Shown: positions 45,398-54,762 of the stretch, piece after piece
How the letters are laid out: each line of letters starts with the position of its first letter
Position numbering within the stretch: the first letter of the stretch is position 1
Position numbers and translations under genes: made by a program
Notes under the pieces: model-generated
Seen by the model: only the letters and a program-made list of their open reading frames with translations
What the model was told of the DNA's origin: nothing
The model's database searches: none
Assembly (NCBI GenBank): GCA_014874185.1
Contig: JACWAF010000005.1
Location: 18,655 to 82,654 of the forward strand
DNA: 64,000 nt
Origin: Nitrospirota bacterium
GTDB lineage: Bacteria; Nitrospirota; Thermodesulfovibrionia; Thermodesulfovibrionales; JdFR-88
Direction of reading: 5' to 3'

Positions 45398-46705
45398 ATG
45401 AAGAGGTCAGGGTTCCTGGTTTTATTTTCCGCGTTTGTTGCAGTCTCTCTTGTGTTTGGGGTCCTGCCGGGCAAATCATGGTCGGCATCATGTCCCGATC
45501 TGGGTTACTGGAGACTTGACGAACAGTCACAGCCTTACAAGGACAACATCTTCGGCGAAAACGCCACATGCACGAACTGCCCCAGCCCCGGCACGGGAAT
45601 CGTCAACGGCGCGCAGACCTTTACCGCCGGTTCCCAGGTGAGCGTCCCCTATGTCAGCGACATGGACTACATATTCGGCTTTGGCGCCACCGACAGCTTC
45701 TCGCTCGAGGCATGGGTAAAGGCCGATCCCGGCAACCTCTGCACCAATGTCCAGAGCTTTCTTGGCCGGGTTGAAGACTGGGACCATCTGCAGTGGTACA
45801 TAGGCTGCGCCCAGGGCGGCAGCAGTCTGTTTGTCCTGCATGACGCCCTCGGGAAAGGCGGCGAAGTGGACGGCACGGCGAAGATCAACGACGGCAACTG
45901 GCACCAGGTGGTTGGTGTGCGTGATGCTTCGGCGAACCAGATATTGCTGTATGTTGATGGCAAACCCGACGGTTCCGCCCCTATCACCTTATCCAGCAAT
46001 TTCAAATCCAGCACGAACCTTACGCTTGGCTGGCTCTCATACGGCTCAGACGGCAACCACTGGCTTGGCGCGCTGGACGAAGTGGCCGTATTCGGAAACG
46101 CCCTCAGCGCGGGCGATGTTGCCGCCCAGTACTCGAAGATAACCACCAGCCATGTTGGTTATTGCGATAATGCGCCGGTGTCAACGGACAATCCGCCCAC
46201 CGCGCCCGTGCTGGTCTCTCCGATTGACAACGCAACCGGGGTGGACACGAGCGTGACCTTCCAATGGAACCATTCGACTGACCCCGAAGGCGAAGCCATC
46301 AGCTATGACCTTTATTACTGCGACAACCCCAACCCGCAGGCCTGTGCCGCAATTGCAAATGCCGGTGCAGGGGCGAAAGCGGCCTCGCTTGAGAAGAAGG
46401 ACTCCGTCTTTGCCGGTCTTGGCGGTTACGGAGCCGGCCTCCTGCTCTTCGGATTTGTCCTGGCAGGCGGCACGAGGCGCAGGAAGAAACTCTGGGCGCT
46501 GGTGGCAATCCTGGTCTTCTCCGGCATGTTCCTGATCTCCTGCGGCGGAGGCGGAAGCGGCAGCAGTTCCACACCTCCGGCCAGCGGACTTTCACAGGAC
46601 GTTACCGGCCTGAAGAACGGTACAACCTACTCCTGGCAGGTTGTCGCCAAGGATTCCAAAGGCAACAGCACGCCAAGTAAAGTAAGGACCTTCAAAACCA
46701 AGTAA
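45398..46705 (+). CDS. Exported LamG/concanavalin-like protein with split Fn3-like C-terminal domain
   Basis: SD AGGAGG then ATG 45398, signal peptide, YWRLDE, FSLEAWVK, DGNWHQVVGV, LYVDG, G.LDEVA.F..ALS. Confidence 0.82.
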   Translation: MKRSGFLVLFSAFVAVSLVFGVLPGKSWSASCPDLGYWRLDEQSQPYKDNIFGENATCTNCPSPGTGIVNGAQTFTAGSQVSVPYVSDMDYIFGFGATDSFSLEAWVKADPGNLCTNVQSFLGRVEDWDHLQWYIGCAQGGSSLFVLHDALGKGGEVDGTAKINDGNWHQVVGVRDASANQILLYVDGKPDGSAPITLSSNFKSSTNLTLGWLSYGSDGNHWLGALDEVAVFGNALSAGDVAAQYSKITTSHVGYCDNAPVSTDNPPTAPVLVSPIDNATGVDTSVTFQWNHSTDPEGEAISYDLYYCDNPNPQACAAIANAGAGAKAASLEKKDSVFAGLGGYGAGLLLFGFVLAGGTRRRKKLWALVAILVFSGMFLISCGGGGSGSSSTPPASGLSQDVTGLKNGTTYSWQVVAKDSKGNSTPSKVRTFKTK

Positions 46706-46713
46706 GCGGCCCG

Positions 46714-47454
46714 ATGCGGCCCCTTCCGTCCAATGCCGGACTGCGGCGCTTGCGGCGCTTATGGATACGGTTCTGGATGCTCATGGCCGGAAGGGGCCCG
46801 CTGGGCAGGTTCGCCGCGCGGATGGCCGCCGCGGCAACCCCGCCTTTTTACGGGAGATGCTTTCTTGCCCGCCTGAATAAAAAAGGTTTCATATCGCCAA
46901 GGGCCGAGATCGCGCACGGTCAGCTGGAGATTGGCCCCAACGTCTTCATAGGCGACCGCGTGACCATTTACAGGGATTCCCTTGGGGGGCCGGTGCGGAT
47001 AGGCGAACGGAGCCACCTCTATGCGGACATCGTCATACAGACTGGAGACGGGGGCAGTTTGCGCATAGGCGCAAATACGCACATCCAGCCCCGCTGTCAT
47101 TTTTCGGCCTACAAGGCCGGAATTCGCATCGGCGACAACGTGCAGATTGCGCCCGCCTGCGCCTTTTATCCCTATTCGCATGGGATGGAGGCCGGAAAGC
47201 CGATAATGGGCCAGCCGCTAAGTACAAAAGGGGGCATCATTATTGAAAACGATGTCTGGGTTGGCTATGGAGCGGTGGTGCTTGAGGGCGTAACGGTTGG
47301 AACGGGGGCGGTAATCGGCGCGGGATCGGTCGTGACCCGTGATGTTCCCGCCGGGGCGGTTTGTGCCGGCGTGCCGGCGAGAGTACTCAGGATGCGCGGG
47401 GATTTCGAAGGGGAGGGCCTCAGGCCGGAGGGTGCCGATACGGGTGAAAAATGA
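46714..47454 (+). CDS. Hexapeptide-repeat O-acyltransferase
   Basis: Left-handed beta-helix repeats, IENDVWVG, GAGSVVT.DVP, GVPA. Confidence 0.85.
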   Translation: MRPLPSNAGLRRLRRLWIRFWMLMAGRGPLGRFAARMAAAATPPFYGRCFLARLNKKGFISPRAEIAHGQLEIGPNVFIGDRVTIYRDSLGGPVRIGERSHLYADIVIQTGDGGSLRIGANTHIQPRCHFSAYKAGIRIGDNVQIAPACAFYPYSHGMEAGKPIMGQPLSTKGGIIIENDVWVGYGAVVLEGVTVGTGAVIGAGSVVTRDVPAGAVCAGVPARVLRMRGDFEGEGLRPEGADTGEK

Positions 47455-48455
47455 TGGGGCCGCCGCTTGTAAGCGTAGTCACCCCCCTGCACAACGGTGA
47501 AAAATACCTCGCCGAATGCATCCGGAGCGTTCTCTCTCAAACGTATGAAAACTGGGAGTACATAATTGTAAATAACAAAAGCACCGACAGGTCCGCTCAA
47601 GTAATGGCGCGGTACGCGGCGGGGGAGCGGCGCATCAAGGCCCGCGAGAACGAGAAATTCCTGAGCGCCCTCGAAAACCACAACCGCGCATTCAGGCTCA
47701 TTTCACCGGAAGGCAAATACTGCAAGGTGGTGCACGCGGATGACTGGCTTTATCCCGATTGCCTGGAAAAGATGGTGGCCCTTGCCGAGGAGGACGAGGC
47801 CGTCTCGCTGGTTGGTTCGTATGCCCTTGAGGGCGATTACGTCCGCTTTGACGGGCTGCCATATGAAAAAAGGATAGTGTCCGGGCGGGAAGTCTGCAGG
47901 CGGTCTCTGCTGGGCGGCCCGTATGTATTCGGCTCACCGACAACCTTGCTCTTCAGGTCGGACGTGGTAAGGGGAAAAGAAAAATTTTACGACGAGGGCC
48001 ATCTGCACGCTGACGAGGAGGCCTGTTACGAGGCGTTGAGAGGCGGCGCCAAATTCGGTTTTGTCCACCAGGTGCTGGCCTATTCGCGTGTGCATGACGG
48101 GAGAGAAAGCTCGAAGGCCGAGAAGTTCAATGCATATATAACGGGCGGTCTGGACATCTTCAGAAAATATGGTCCGGTTTATCTGGGCCCGGAAGAATTC
48201 GAATCGACTGGGAAAAGGAAACTCAAGGCATATTACCGGTTCCTGGCCGAAAGCCTGATCGAGGGGCGGGAGAAGGAATTCTGGCATTTCCACCGGAGCG
48301 AACTGAAAAAGATGGGGATGGCCCTGAGCGGCATGAGGCTTGCAGGCGAGACGGCAATACTGGCCGGATTGAAGCTTCTGGATATCAAGGCCAATCTGAA
48401 AACAATAAAGAGGATGATCTCACTTATTAACAGTCTCGTAATAGGATGCACTTAA
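47451..48455 (+). CDS. Glycosyltransferase family 2
   Basis: LVSVVTP.HN, S.D.S, ADD. The last residues are encoded inside the MITE-like element. Confidence 0.87.
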   Translation: MMGPPLVSVVTPLHNGEKYLAECIRSVLSQTYENWEYIIVNNKSTDRSAQVMARYAAGERRIKARENEKFLSALENHNRAFRLISPEGKYCKVVHADDWLYPDCLEKMVALAEEDEAVSLVGSYALEGDYVRFDGLPYEKRIVSGREVCRRSLLGGPYVFGSPTTLLFRSDVVRGKEKFYDEGHLHADEEACYEALRGGAKFGFVHQVLAYSRVHDGRESSKAEKFNAYITGGLDIFRKYGPVYLGPEEFESTGKRKLKAYYRFLAESLIEGREKEFWHFHRSELKKMGMALSGMRLAGETAILAGLKLLDIKANLKTIKRMISLINSLVIGCT

Positions 48456-48591
48456 TTATTAGAAAATCCCTCCTAACCTACCCTTTGTCAAAGGGCCTTT
48501 GCCAAAGGGAGGGATTACCCCTCTTTGGAAAAGAGGGGCGAGGGGAGATTTTCCGGCCAAAATGTCTGTTCAATTATGAGACCCTTAATAA
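48424..48591. mobile_element. MITE-like element (168 bp) with 19-bp imperfect terminal inverted repeats
   Basis: TTATTAACAGTCTCGTAAT ... ATTATGAGACCCTTAATAA (16/19), internal hairpins such as CCCCTCTTTGGAAAAGAGGGG, AT-rich ends. Confidence 0.65.
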
Positions 48592-49556
48592 TGGCAGCGG
48601 TTGAAGGGAAACACGCGGTATCGGTCGTAATACCGCTTTTCAACAAGGCGGACTTCATCGGACGGGCGCTTTCCTCCACCCTTAATCAAAGCCACCCGCC
48701 GTTGGAGGTGATAGTGGTGGATGACGGCTCGACCGATGCCGGACCGGAAATCGTGCGCGGGTTCAAGCTGGATTCCGTGCGGCTCCTGAAACAGCCCAAC
48801 AGCGGGCCCGGGCCGGCCAGAAACAGGGGGATGCGCGAAGCGCGCGGAAAATATATAGCCTTTCTCGATGCGGACGACGAATGGTCCCCGGACCTCCTGA
48901 AGACGGGCATTGCTTTTCTGGAAGGAAATGACGCGGCTGTGGTCTCGATGGGCTATTATCTCTATCCCGTTATGCGCAGGAATACGGACGGGCTTTCCCC
49001 GTCTGTAACCGGCGTTCACGAGGTCACTCCAGATACACCCGTCCAATCTGTAAAAGAGCTGGTAACGGCGGCCCACCTCGGGTTCAGCGTAATGAGGCTT
49101 GATATGGCAAAAAAGATGGGCGGATATTTTGATAAATTCAAGTCCCTTCGCGGAGAGGACACCTATTTCTATCTGAAGGTCCTTTTCAACGAGAGGGTCG
49201 GCATCCTGAAAGAACCCCAGGGCTATTACCACATGGACGCCTCGGAGCTGTGCGGGTGCGAGTTCAGGCATGTGCCCCCGCTGGAGCCGTTCCTTATAGA
49301 CCCCGACCCCCTGGTCTCCTCCTGCCCGGCTGAAAAAAGAGAGCTTCTGAAAGAGTATCTTTCGCTGAGGGCGCTTAGAAACGCCGTCATGTACGCGAAA
49401 CTGGGCCGGAAAAATATCTCAAAAGCGCTCATTGCCCGCTTTTGCTCAAACGGCCACCCGTATTCCAGGGGCACTCTGGGGGCCAGGCTTCTGGCCGAAG
49501 TTTCCCCCCTCCTGCCTTCGGCACGAAAAATCTACGGGGCCATAAAGCGCGCCTGA
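48591..49556 (+). CDS. Glycosyltransferase family 2
   Basis: VSVVIPLFN, VVDDGSTD, ARN.G, FLDADD. Confidence 0.88.
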   Translation: MAAVEGKHAVSVVIPLFNKADFIGRALSSTLNQSHPPLEVIVVDDGSTDAGPEIVRGFKLDSVRLLKQPNSGPGPARNRGMREARGKYIAFLDADDEWSPDLLKTGIAFLEGNDAAVVSMGYYLYPVMRRNTDGLSPSVTGVHEVTPDTPVQSVKELVTAAHLGFSVMRLDMAKKMGGYFDKFKSLRGEDTYFYLKVLFNERVGILKEPQGYYHMDASELCGCEFRHVPPLEPFLIDPDPLVSSCPAEKRELLKEYLSLRALRNAVMYAKLGRKNISKALIARFCSNGHPYSRGTLGARLLAEVSPLLPSARKIYGAIKRA

Positions 49557-49563
49557 GGAAAAG

Positions 49564-50916
49564 ATGTCCGAATCCTACATGGAAAGAATCAGATACGTAT
49601 CCGCTCATAAATGGCTGATATTTATTGTCCTCACGGCACTGCTGGCCGGGATGGGGATTACCGGAAACTGGCTGTACTGCGGGGTTTTGGCCGCCCCGTT
49701 TCTGCTTTATCTCTTCTTCGAAAGGCCGTTCCTTTTCCCGCTTGGGGCCTATGTTTTTCTTCTCCCGTTTGACTCTGTGCTGTCCATAACCGGCAATGGG
49801 GCAGGCTCCACCCTCACAAAGGTACTGGGCATGGCCTCGGCCGCTTCTCTTCTGGCAAACGGACTTCTGAGGAGGCGTTTTACACTGCCAAGGGGGGCGG
49901 CGCTATGGTGGATGCTCTTTATCCTTTATGGGGCTGTTTCCATCCTGTGGGCAAAGAATTTCGAAGAGGCGGTGGACCGGATGCCAACGGCGCTCAGCCT
50001 TCTGGGCCTCTACCTGGTCGCCGCTTCCTTCAGGGTGAAAAAAAAGGAATATGATCTTTTGAAGTGGGCCATAATCGCGGGAGGGGTCCTCTCCGCGCTG
50101 TATTCCATTTATTCCTACAAGACCGGCGTGTACGACGACCCCAGGCTCAGGGCCTCGATCCTGATCGGGGGCCGCTATACCGACCCAAACCAGTTCGCCT
50201 TCAGCATTCTTCTGCCAGTCGCGCTCTGCCTGGGGACATTGCTCAAGACGCCTTCCATCAGGAAAAAAGCCTTTTACGGCGCAAGCCTTCTGATAATGAT
50301 CTACGGGGTGGTCGTGACAGGCTCCAGGGGGTCGCTGCTTGCCACTGCCGTCATGATCGCCTTTTACCTGCTCTCGATAAAACAGAAGATCAGTTTCGGG
50401 ATAGCGGCCGGGGCGATAGCCGTCATCATGTTCTCGTTCGTGCCCGATTTTTTCATCCATCGGATCGGACAGGCTGAGGCCACCGGTGGCGCCGGAAGGC
50501 TGTTTATCTGGGAAGTAGGCCTTCATGCCGTCAAAAAATACTGGCTCTTCGGAGTGGGACTTAGCAACTTCTATGAGGCGTACATGGAATTCGTGAATTA
50601 TGGGCCCGCTTTCCGCGTGGGGGCAACCGCCCCGCATAATATCTACCTGGACGCCGTCGTCAGCCTTGGCACCCCGGGGATTTTACTGATGCTTGCGGCC
50701 ATGGGTAAGCACTACCAGCTGCTTAAAGCGAGGTTTACCACGCCCGATATGGAAAAAACGGCTTTGAAGGCCGCGTTCTGGGGGACCCTGGCGGCGAGCT
50801 TCTTCCTGGACACAATCTGGCGCAAATCATTCTGGCTGCTCTGGATGATGATGGCCATGAACAGGAACCTGCTGCCGGCCCCTTTTTTCAGGAGGAGTTA
50901 CCCGGATGAGGAATGA
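49564..50916 (+). CDS. O-antigen ligase/Wzy-like membrane protein
   Basis: Many TM segments, DPN, TGSRG, R..IW, GVG, HNIYL. Confidence 0.85.
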   Translation: MSESYMERIRYVSAHKWLIFIVLTALLAGMGITGNWLYCGVLAAPFLLYLFFERPFLFPLGAYVFLLPFDSVLSITGNGAGSTLTKVLGMASAASLLANGLLRRRFTLPRGAALWWMLFILYGAVSILWAKNFEEAVDRMPTALSLLGLYLVAASFRVKKKEYDLLKWAIIAGGVLSALYSIYSYKTGVYDDPRLRASILIGGRYTDPNQFAFSILLPVALCLGTLLKTPSIRKKAFYGASLLIMIYGVVVTGSRGSLLATAVMIAFYLLSIKQKISFGIAAGAIAVIMFSFVPDFFIHRIGQAEATGGAGRLFIWEVGLHAVKKYWLFGVGLSNFYEAYMEFVNYGPAFRVGATAPHNIYLDAVVSLGTPGILLMLAAMGKHYQLLKARFTTPDMEKTALKAAFWGTLAASFFLDTIWRKSFWLLWMMMAMNRNLLPAPFFRRSYPDEE

Positions 50917-52171
50917 GAAAACCCTTATTGTGCTCACATCCTCCTACCCCTTCGGCAAGGGTGAAGTCTACCTGGAAAAGGAGATCGAATATTTAAAAAG
51001 CGCCTTTGGCCGCGTCATCCTCCTCCCGGAGACCAGATACCCCTCGATGCGTCCGACGGGTGCGGGGGTGGAAGTGGACCCTTCCATAACCATATCGGGA
51101 GAAAAAAACGCCTGGGACCGGCTGAAGGCGATCTCAAGGTGCGTGCTCTCCTCCCGTTTCCATGCGGAGGCAATTGAAAACTCATCGAAACTGCGCGAAT
51201 TCGCCGCGCTCAAAAATCTTGTTTCCACTCTTTACACCGCGATCAGGATCAGGAACTGGATCGAAAGAAAGGCCTATGCCGGAGAACTCTCCACCGGGGG
51301 GGACCTCTTCTATTCCTGCTGGCTCGGGAAAAGCGCACTTGGAGCCGCCTTCGCCAAATTGCGTGGGACGCGGCTCAGGATAATAAGCAGGGCCCACGGG
51401 GGCGACCTTTACGAAGACAGAATGCCCGCGGGTTATGCCCCGTTCAGGCGGACGATCATGGAGGGGGTGGACAGGATTTGCTGTGTTTCAAACCATGGCA
51501 AGGAGTATCTGAAGAAGAATTATCCTTATATCAAGGACAAGGTCACGGTCTCCAAGCTTGGGGTGACGGACCCTGGCTTCGATGCACCCGTCTCGGAAGA
51601 CGGGACTATACGGATTGTCACCTGCTCTTCGCTGAACCCGGTAAAGAGAATAGACCTCCTCATAGACGGGATGAAAAGGTTTTCCGAGATCGCCCCCGAA
51701 CAGGATGTGCGCTGGACGCACATAGGGGACGGTCCGCTCCTGAACAGGGTGAAGGCATACGCGGGCCAGCGCCTTGGCGGCCGCATATCCCATGTCTTCG
51801 CGGGCGCAATGGAAAACCGGAGGGTGCTGGAATATTACAGGCTGAACCCCGTTGACCTGTTCGTGAACGTCAGCAGCAGCGAGGGGATCCCCATCTCCGT
51901 CATGGAAGCCCAGAGCTGCTCCATTCCCGTCATGGCCACTGACGTGGGCGGCGTTCCGGAGATCGTGAACGAGGCCAACGGCTTTCTGCTTCCGGCAAAC
52001 CCGGGGCCTGAACTGATAGCCGGGACACTGAGGAAATTCGCCCGGATGCGGGGCGAACGCGGCCGGATGAGACTGGAGAACAAGATCAACTGGAAGCTCC
52101 ATTACGACTCGGATTCCAACTATTCGCGTTTTGTTGATGAACTGGCCTGTCTTGCGGAGAACAAATGGTAG
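50906..52171 (+). CDS. Glycosyltransferase family 4
   Basis: RAHGGD, KRID, SEGIPISVMEA, TDVGG. Confidence 0.88.
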   Translation: MRNEKTLIVLTSSYPFGKGEVYLEKEIEYLKSAFGRVILLPETRYPSMRPTGAGVEVDPSITISGEKNAWDRLKAISRCVLSSRFHAEAIENSSKLREFAALKNLVSTLYTAIRIRNWIERKAYAGELSTGGDLFYSCWLGKSALGAAFAKLRGTRLRIISRAHGGDLYEDRMPAGYAPFRRTIMEGVDRICCVSNHGKEYLKKNYPYIKDKVTVSKLGVTDPGFDAPVSEDGTIRIVTCSSLNPVKRIDLLIDGMKRFSEIAPEQDVRWTHIGDGPLLNRVKAYAGQRLGGRISHVFAGAMENRRVLEYYRLNPVDLFVNVSSSEGIPISVMEAQSCSIPVMATDVGGVPEIVNEANGFLLPANPGPELIAGTLRKFARMRGERGRMRLENKINWKLHYDSDSNYSRFVDELACLAENKW

Positions 52172-52758
52172 TCAGAAAGTCATACCTGGCTTTTTGCGCC
52201 GGTCCGGAACGGGAGGTCCCCCGCCGGGAACTGCCCGCGCCGATAAGGCCGGCCTTCGCCACCTTCGGGCTCGTGAGCGATTTTTTCGGACAGGATGGTT
52301 CGCGCCTGGGCACGTTCCTGAGATTCATGGAGCAGGGCTATATCGGGCTTATACTGCATGACGGCCATGAATGGGCGTCTTACGGCTGGATGTCCACACC
52401 GGATTCGGCCCCGCCGGTACAGCTCCCGTCCGGGATAAGGAAACTGGGGGCAAACTGGATCATCTACTGTCATACCAGGAAAGAATACAGGGGCAGGGGG
52501 CTTTATAAGGCCCTGCTTGCGTCCCTTGTCGAACGGGCCAGGGAGAAAGGCCGCCAGCCGGTTTACATACACACGGAAAAATCCAATCTCGCCTCCAGAC
52601 GGGGGATCCTGGGCGCGGGCTTCGGCGAGGCCGGGATAATAAAGTGCTATTTTCTTCGGATGCCCCGGATCAGCGTCTTTCTGAAGGCCGGCTGGGACCG
52701 CTCCAGGCCTCATCCTCCTCTGCCCGGGCGCCAGGAACCAGTTTTCAAAAAGGAGTGA
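52165..52758 (+). CDS. GNAT-family N-acetyltransferase
   Basis: T..EYRGRGLY, N.AS......GF. Confidence 0.72.
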   Translation: MVVRKSYLAFCAGPEREVPRRELPAPIRPAFATFGLVSDFFGQDGSRLGTFLRFMEQGYIGLILHDGHEWASYGWMSTPDSAPPVQLPSGIRKLGANWIIYCHTRKEYRGRGLYKALLASLVERAREKGRQPVYIHTEKSNLASRRGILGAGFGEAGIIKCYFLRMPRISVFLKAGWDRSRPHPPLPGRQEPVFKKE

Positions 52759-52762
52759 TTTT

Positions 52763-53764
52763 ATGATAAGCGAAGGGCGAATGACCGGCACGGAACCGCT
52801 GCCGAAAAAAAGGGGCTTCATCCTCGACTGGGAGCTGTCCCCCTACACGAACTCCATATTCCAGCAGCCCTGGTGGCTGGAAGCGGTGGCCCAGGGGCAC
52901 TGGGATGAGATAATGATCAAACGGGACGACGGCGCTGCCGCGCGCCTTCCGTATGCCATAAGGAAAAAGTACGGGCTTACCCTGATGACCATGCCCCGCC
53001 TTACACACACGCTGGGTCCTTACATATCCCCGGTAAACGTGAAAGAGCACACCAGGCTCGCCAACGAGAAGGAGCTCATGCTGGAGCTGATAAAACGGCT
53101 GCCGCCGCATGACTTCTTCCTGCAAAAATTCCATTATTCCATCCAGAACTGGATGCCTTTCTTCTGGAACGGCTTCGAGCAGACCACGCATTACACCTTC
53201 CTGATCGAGGACCTTTCGGACCTGGACAGGCTCTGGGACGCGATGAGCCCCAAAGTCCGCAACAGGATCAGAAAGGCCGAAAAATCGGGCATAAAGGTCG
53301 AGGAGACGGACGACATCGACACCCTCCTGGAATTGAACGAAAAGACATTCATGCGGCAGGGGCTTGCCCTGTCGTACTCGCCCGAATACCTGAGAAGGCT
53401 GAACAGGGCGTGCGAGCGGCACGGCGCAGGAAAAATATTCATCGCATACGGCCCGGACGGAAAGCCGCACACCGGGATATTCTGCGTGCACGACGAGCGC
53501 TCGACGTACAACCTCATCCTTGGAAGCGACCCGGAGCTGCGGAAGAGCGGAGCGATAGCAAAAGCCATCTGGGAATCGATCATAGCGGCATCAAAAACAA
53601 GCAAGGCCTATGATTTCGAAGGCACGATGATGGAGCCGGTGGAAAAATTCCTGCGCGGGTTCGGCGCCGTCCACAGGCCGTATTTCCAGGTAACCGGAAA
53701 GAGCAGGCGGATGGAGGTCCTGCTCTCGGGGCGGAAGATCCTGAAAGCGCTCTTTCGTTTGTAA
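52763..53764 (+). CDS. FemAB-like GNAT acyl/aminoacyl transferase
   Basis: IFQQPWWL, RNRIRKAEK, YDFEG.M......F..FG. Confidence 0.78.
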   Translation: MISEGRMTGTEPLPKKRGFILDWELSPYTNSIFQQPWWLEAVAQGHWDEIMIKRDDGAAARLPYAIRKKYGLTLMTMPRLTHTLGPYISPVNVKEHTRLANEKELMLELIKRLPPHDFFLQKFHYSIQNWMPFFWNGFEQTTHYTFLIEDLSDLDRLWDAMSPKVRNRIRKAEKSGIKVEETDDIDTLLELNEKTFMRQGLALSYSPEYLRRLNRACERHGAGKIFIAYGPDGKPHTGIFCVHDERSTYNLILGSDPELRKSGAIAKAIWESIIAASKTSKAYDFEGTMMEPVEKFLRGFGAVHRPYFQVTGKSRRMEVLLSGRKILKALFRL

Positions 53765-53772
53765 ACAGGCGG

Positions 53773-54762
53773 ATGGACAATCCGAACAGAAAGGCCCCGT
53801 ATACGCTTGTGCTCACGCACGATGTGGACAACCTGTCCCTCCGCTGCCATCCCCTGTTGAGCACGGCCACGGCCTCTTTCTTCAAGAGGTGCTTGTACAA
53901 TAATTTCCTGCGCACACTGAAGAAGGACATCCCGCCCGCTCTCTACCTGAATTCGGTAAAATGGTGCCTCTTCTATCCTTTTGTGAAGACCGGCCTCAAG
54001 GAAGACCCGTGGGAGAAGATAATCTTCGACATAATGGAGCTTGAAAAGAGCTATGGGGCGCGCTCCACGTTCTTCTTCATCCCCTATCCGGACAGGCCCG
54101 GCCATATCAAGCCCAAACTCCCCGCCCCCAGGGGGAGGGCCGCAAGCTATGACCTCAGGCGATACGGAAGGATGCTGGAAGAAATAGTTGGAGAAGGCTG
54201 GGAGGTCGGCGTGCACGGCATCGATGCCCACCTGAGCAGCTCCAATGCCCTGGAAGAGCTGAGCATCCTGCGGGGCCTCCTTCCAGACAGGGAAAAAATA
54301 GGCATAAGAATGCACTGGCTTTATCAGACCGAGCAGTTTTTGAAGTACCTGAAGGAAGCTGGTTATTATTACGACACCTCCTACTGCTGCAAGAGCAGGG
54401 GGGTCCCCTTCGGCGACAGCCGCTCGCAGCCGTTCAAGAATGATGACATCTGGGTCCTGCCCTTGAACATACACGATTCCATGCTGCTGGGCCATTGGCG
54501 GCTGGGGATGAGCATGGAAGCGGCCTGGAGAGAGATCGAGTCCACTCTTGAAAAGGCAAGAAATACCGGGGCCGTGGTCACCATCCTGTGGCATACCAGC
54601 ACGTCCACCGTATATTCGTTTTGGGGCGTCCTGTATGAAAGGATACTGAGGCGCGCGAAGGAGGACGGGGCCAGGATGATGCGCTGCGTGGACCTGTGCG
54701 ACGAGCTTGAATTGAAAGAAAAGCCGCTTGGGCCCGAAATGATGGAAAGCCGGGCGATATGA
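53773..54762 (+). CDS. Polysaccharide deacetylase-like protein
   Basis: LTHDVD, STFFF, EVGVHG, GIRMHW, YDTS, LWH. Confidence 0.78.
   Translation: MDNPNRKAPYTLVLTHDVDNLSLRCHPLLSTATASFFKRCLYNNFLRTLKKDIPPALYLNSVKWCLFYPFVKTGLKEDPWEKIIFDIMELEKSYGARSTFFFIPYPDRPGHIKPKLPAPRGRAASYDLRRYGRMLEEIVGEGWEVGVHGIDAHLSSSNALEELSILRGLLPDREKIGIRMHWLYQTEQFLKYLKEAGYYYDTSYCCKSRGVPFGDSRSQPFKNDDIWVLPLNIHDSMLLGHWRLGMSMEAAWREIESTLEKARNTGAVVTILWHTSTSTVYSFWGVLYERILRRAKEDGARMMRCVDLCDELELKEKPLGPEMMESRAI

Noticed and set aside
44844-46705. Reading the shared tail as PEP-CTERM or GlyGly-CTERM
   Set aside because: There is no PEP motif, the Gly run follows rather than precedes the helices, and more than 50 residues continue after them.
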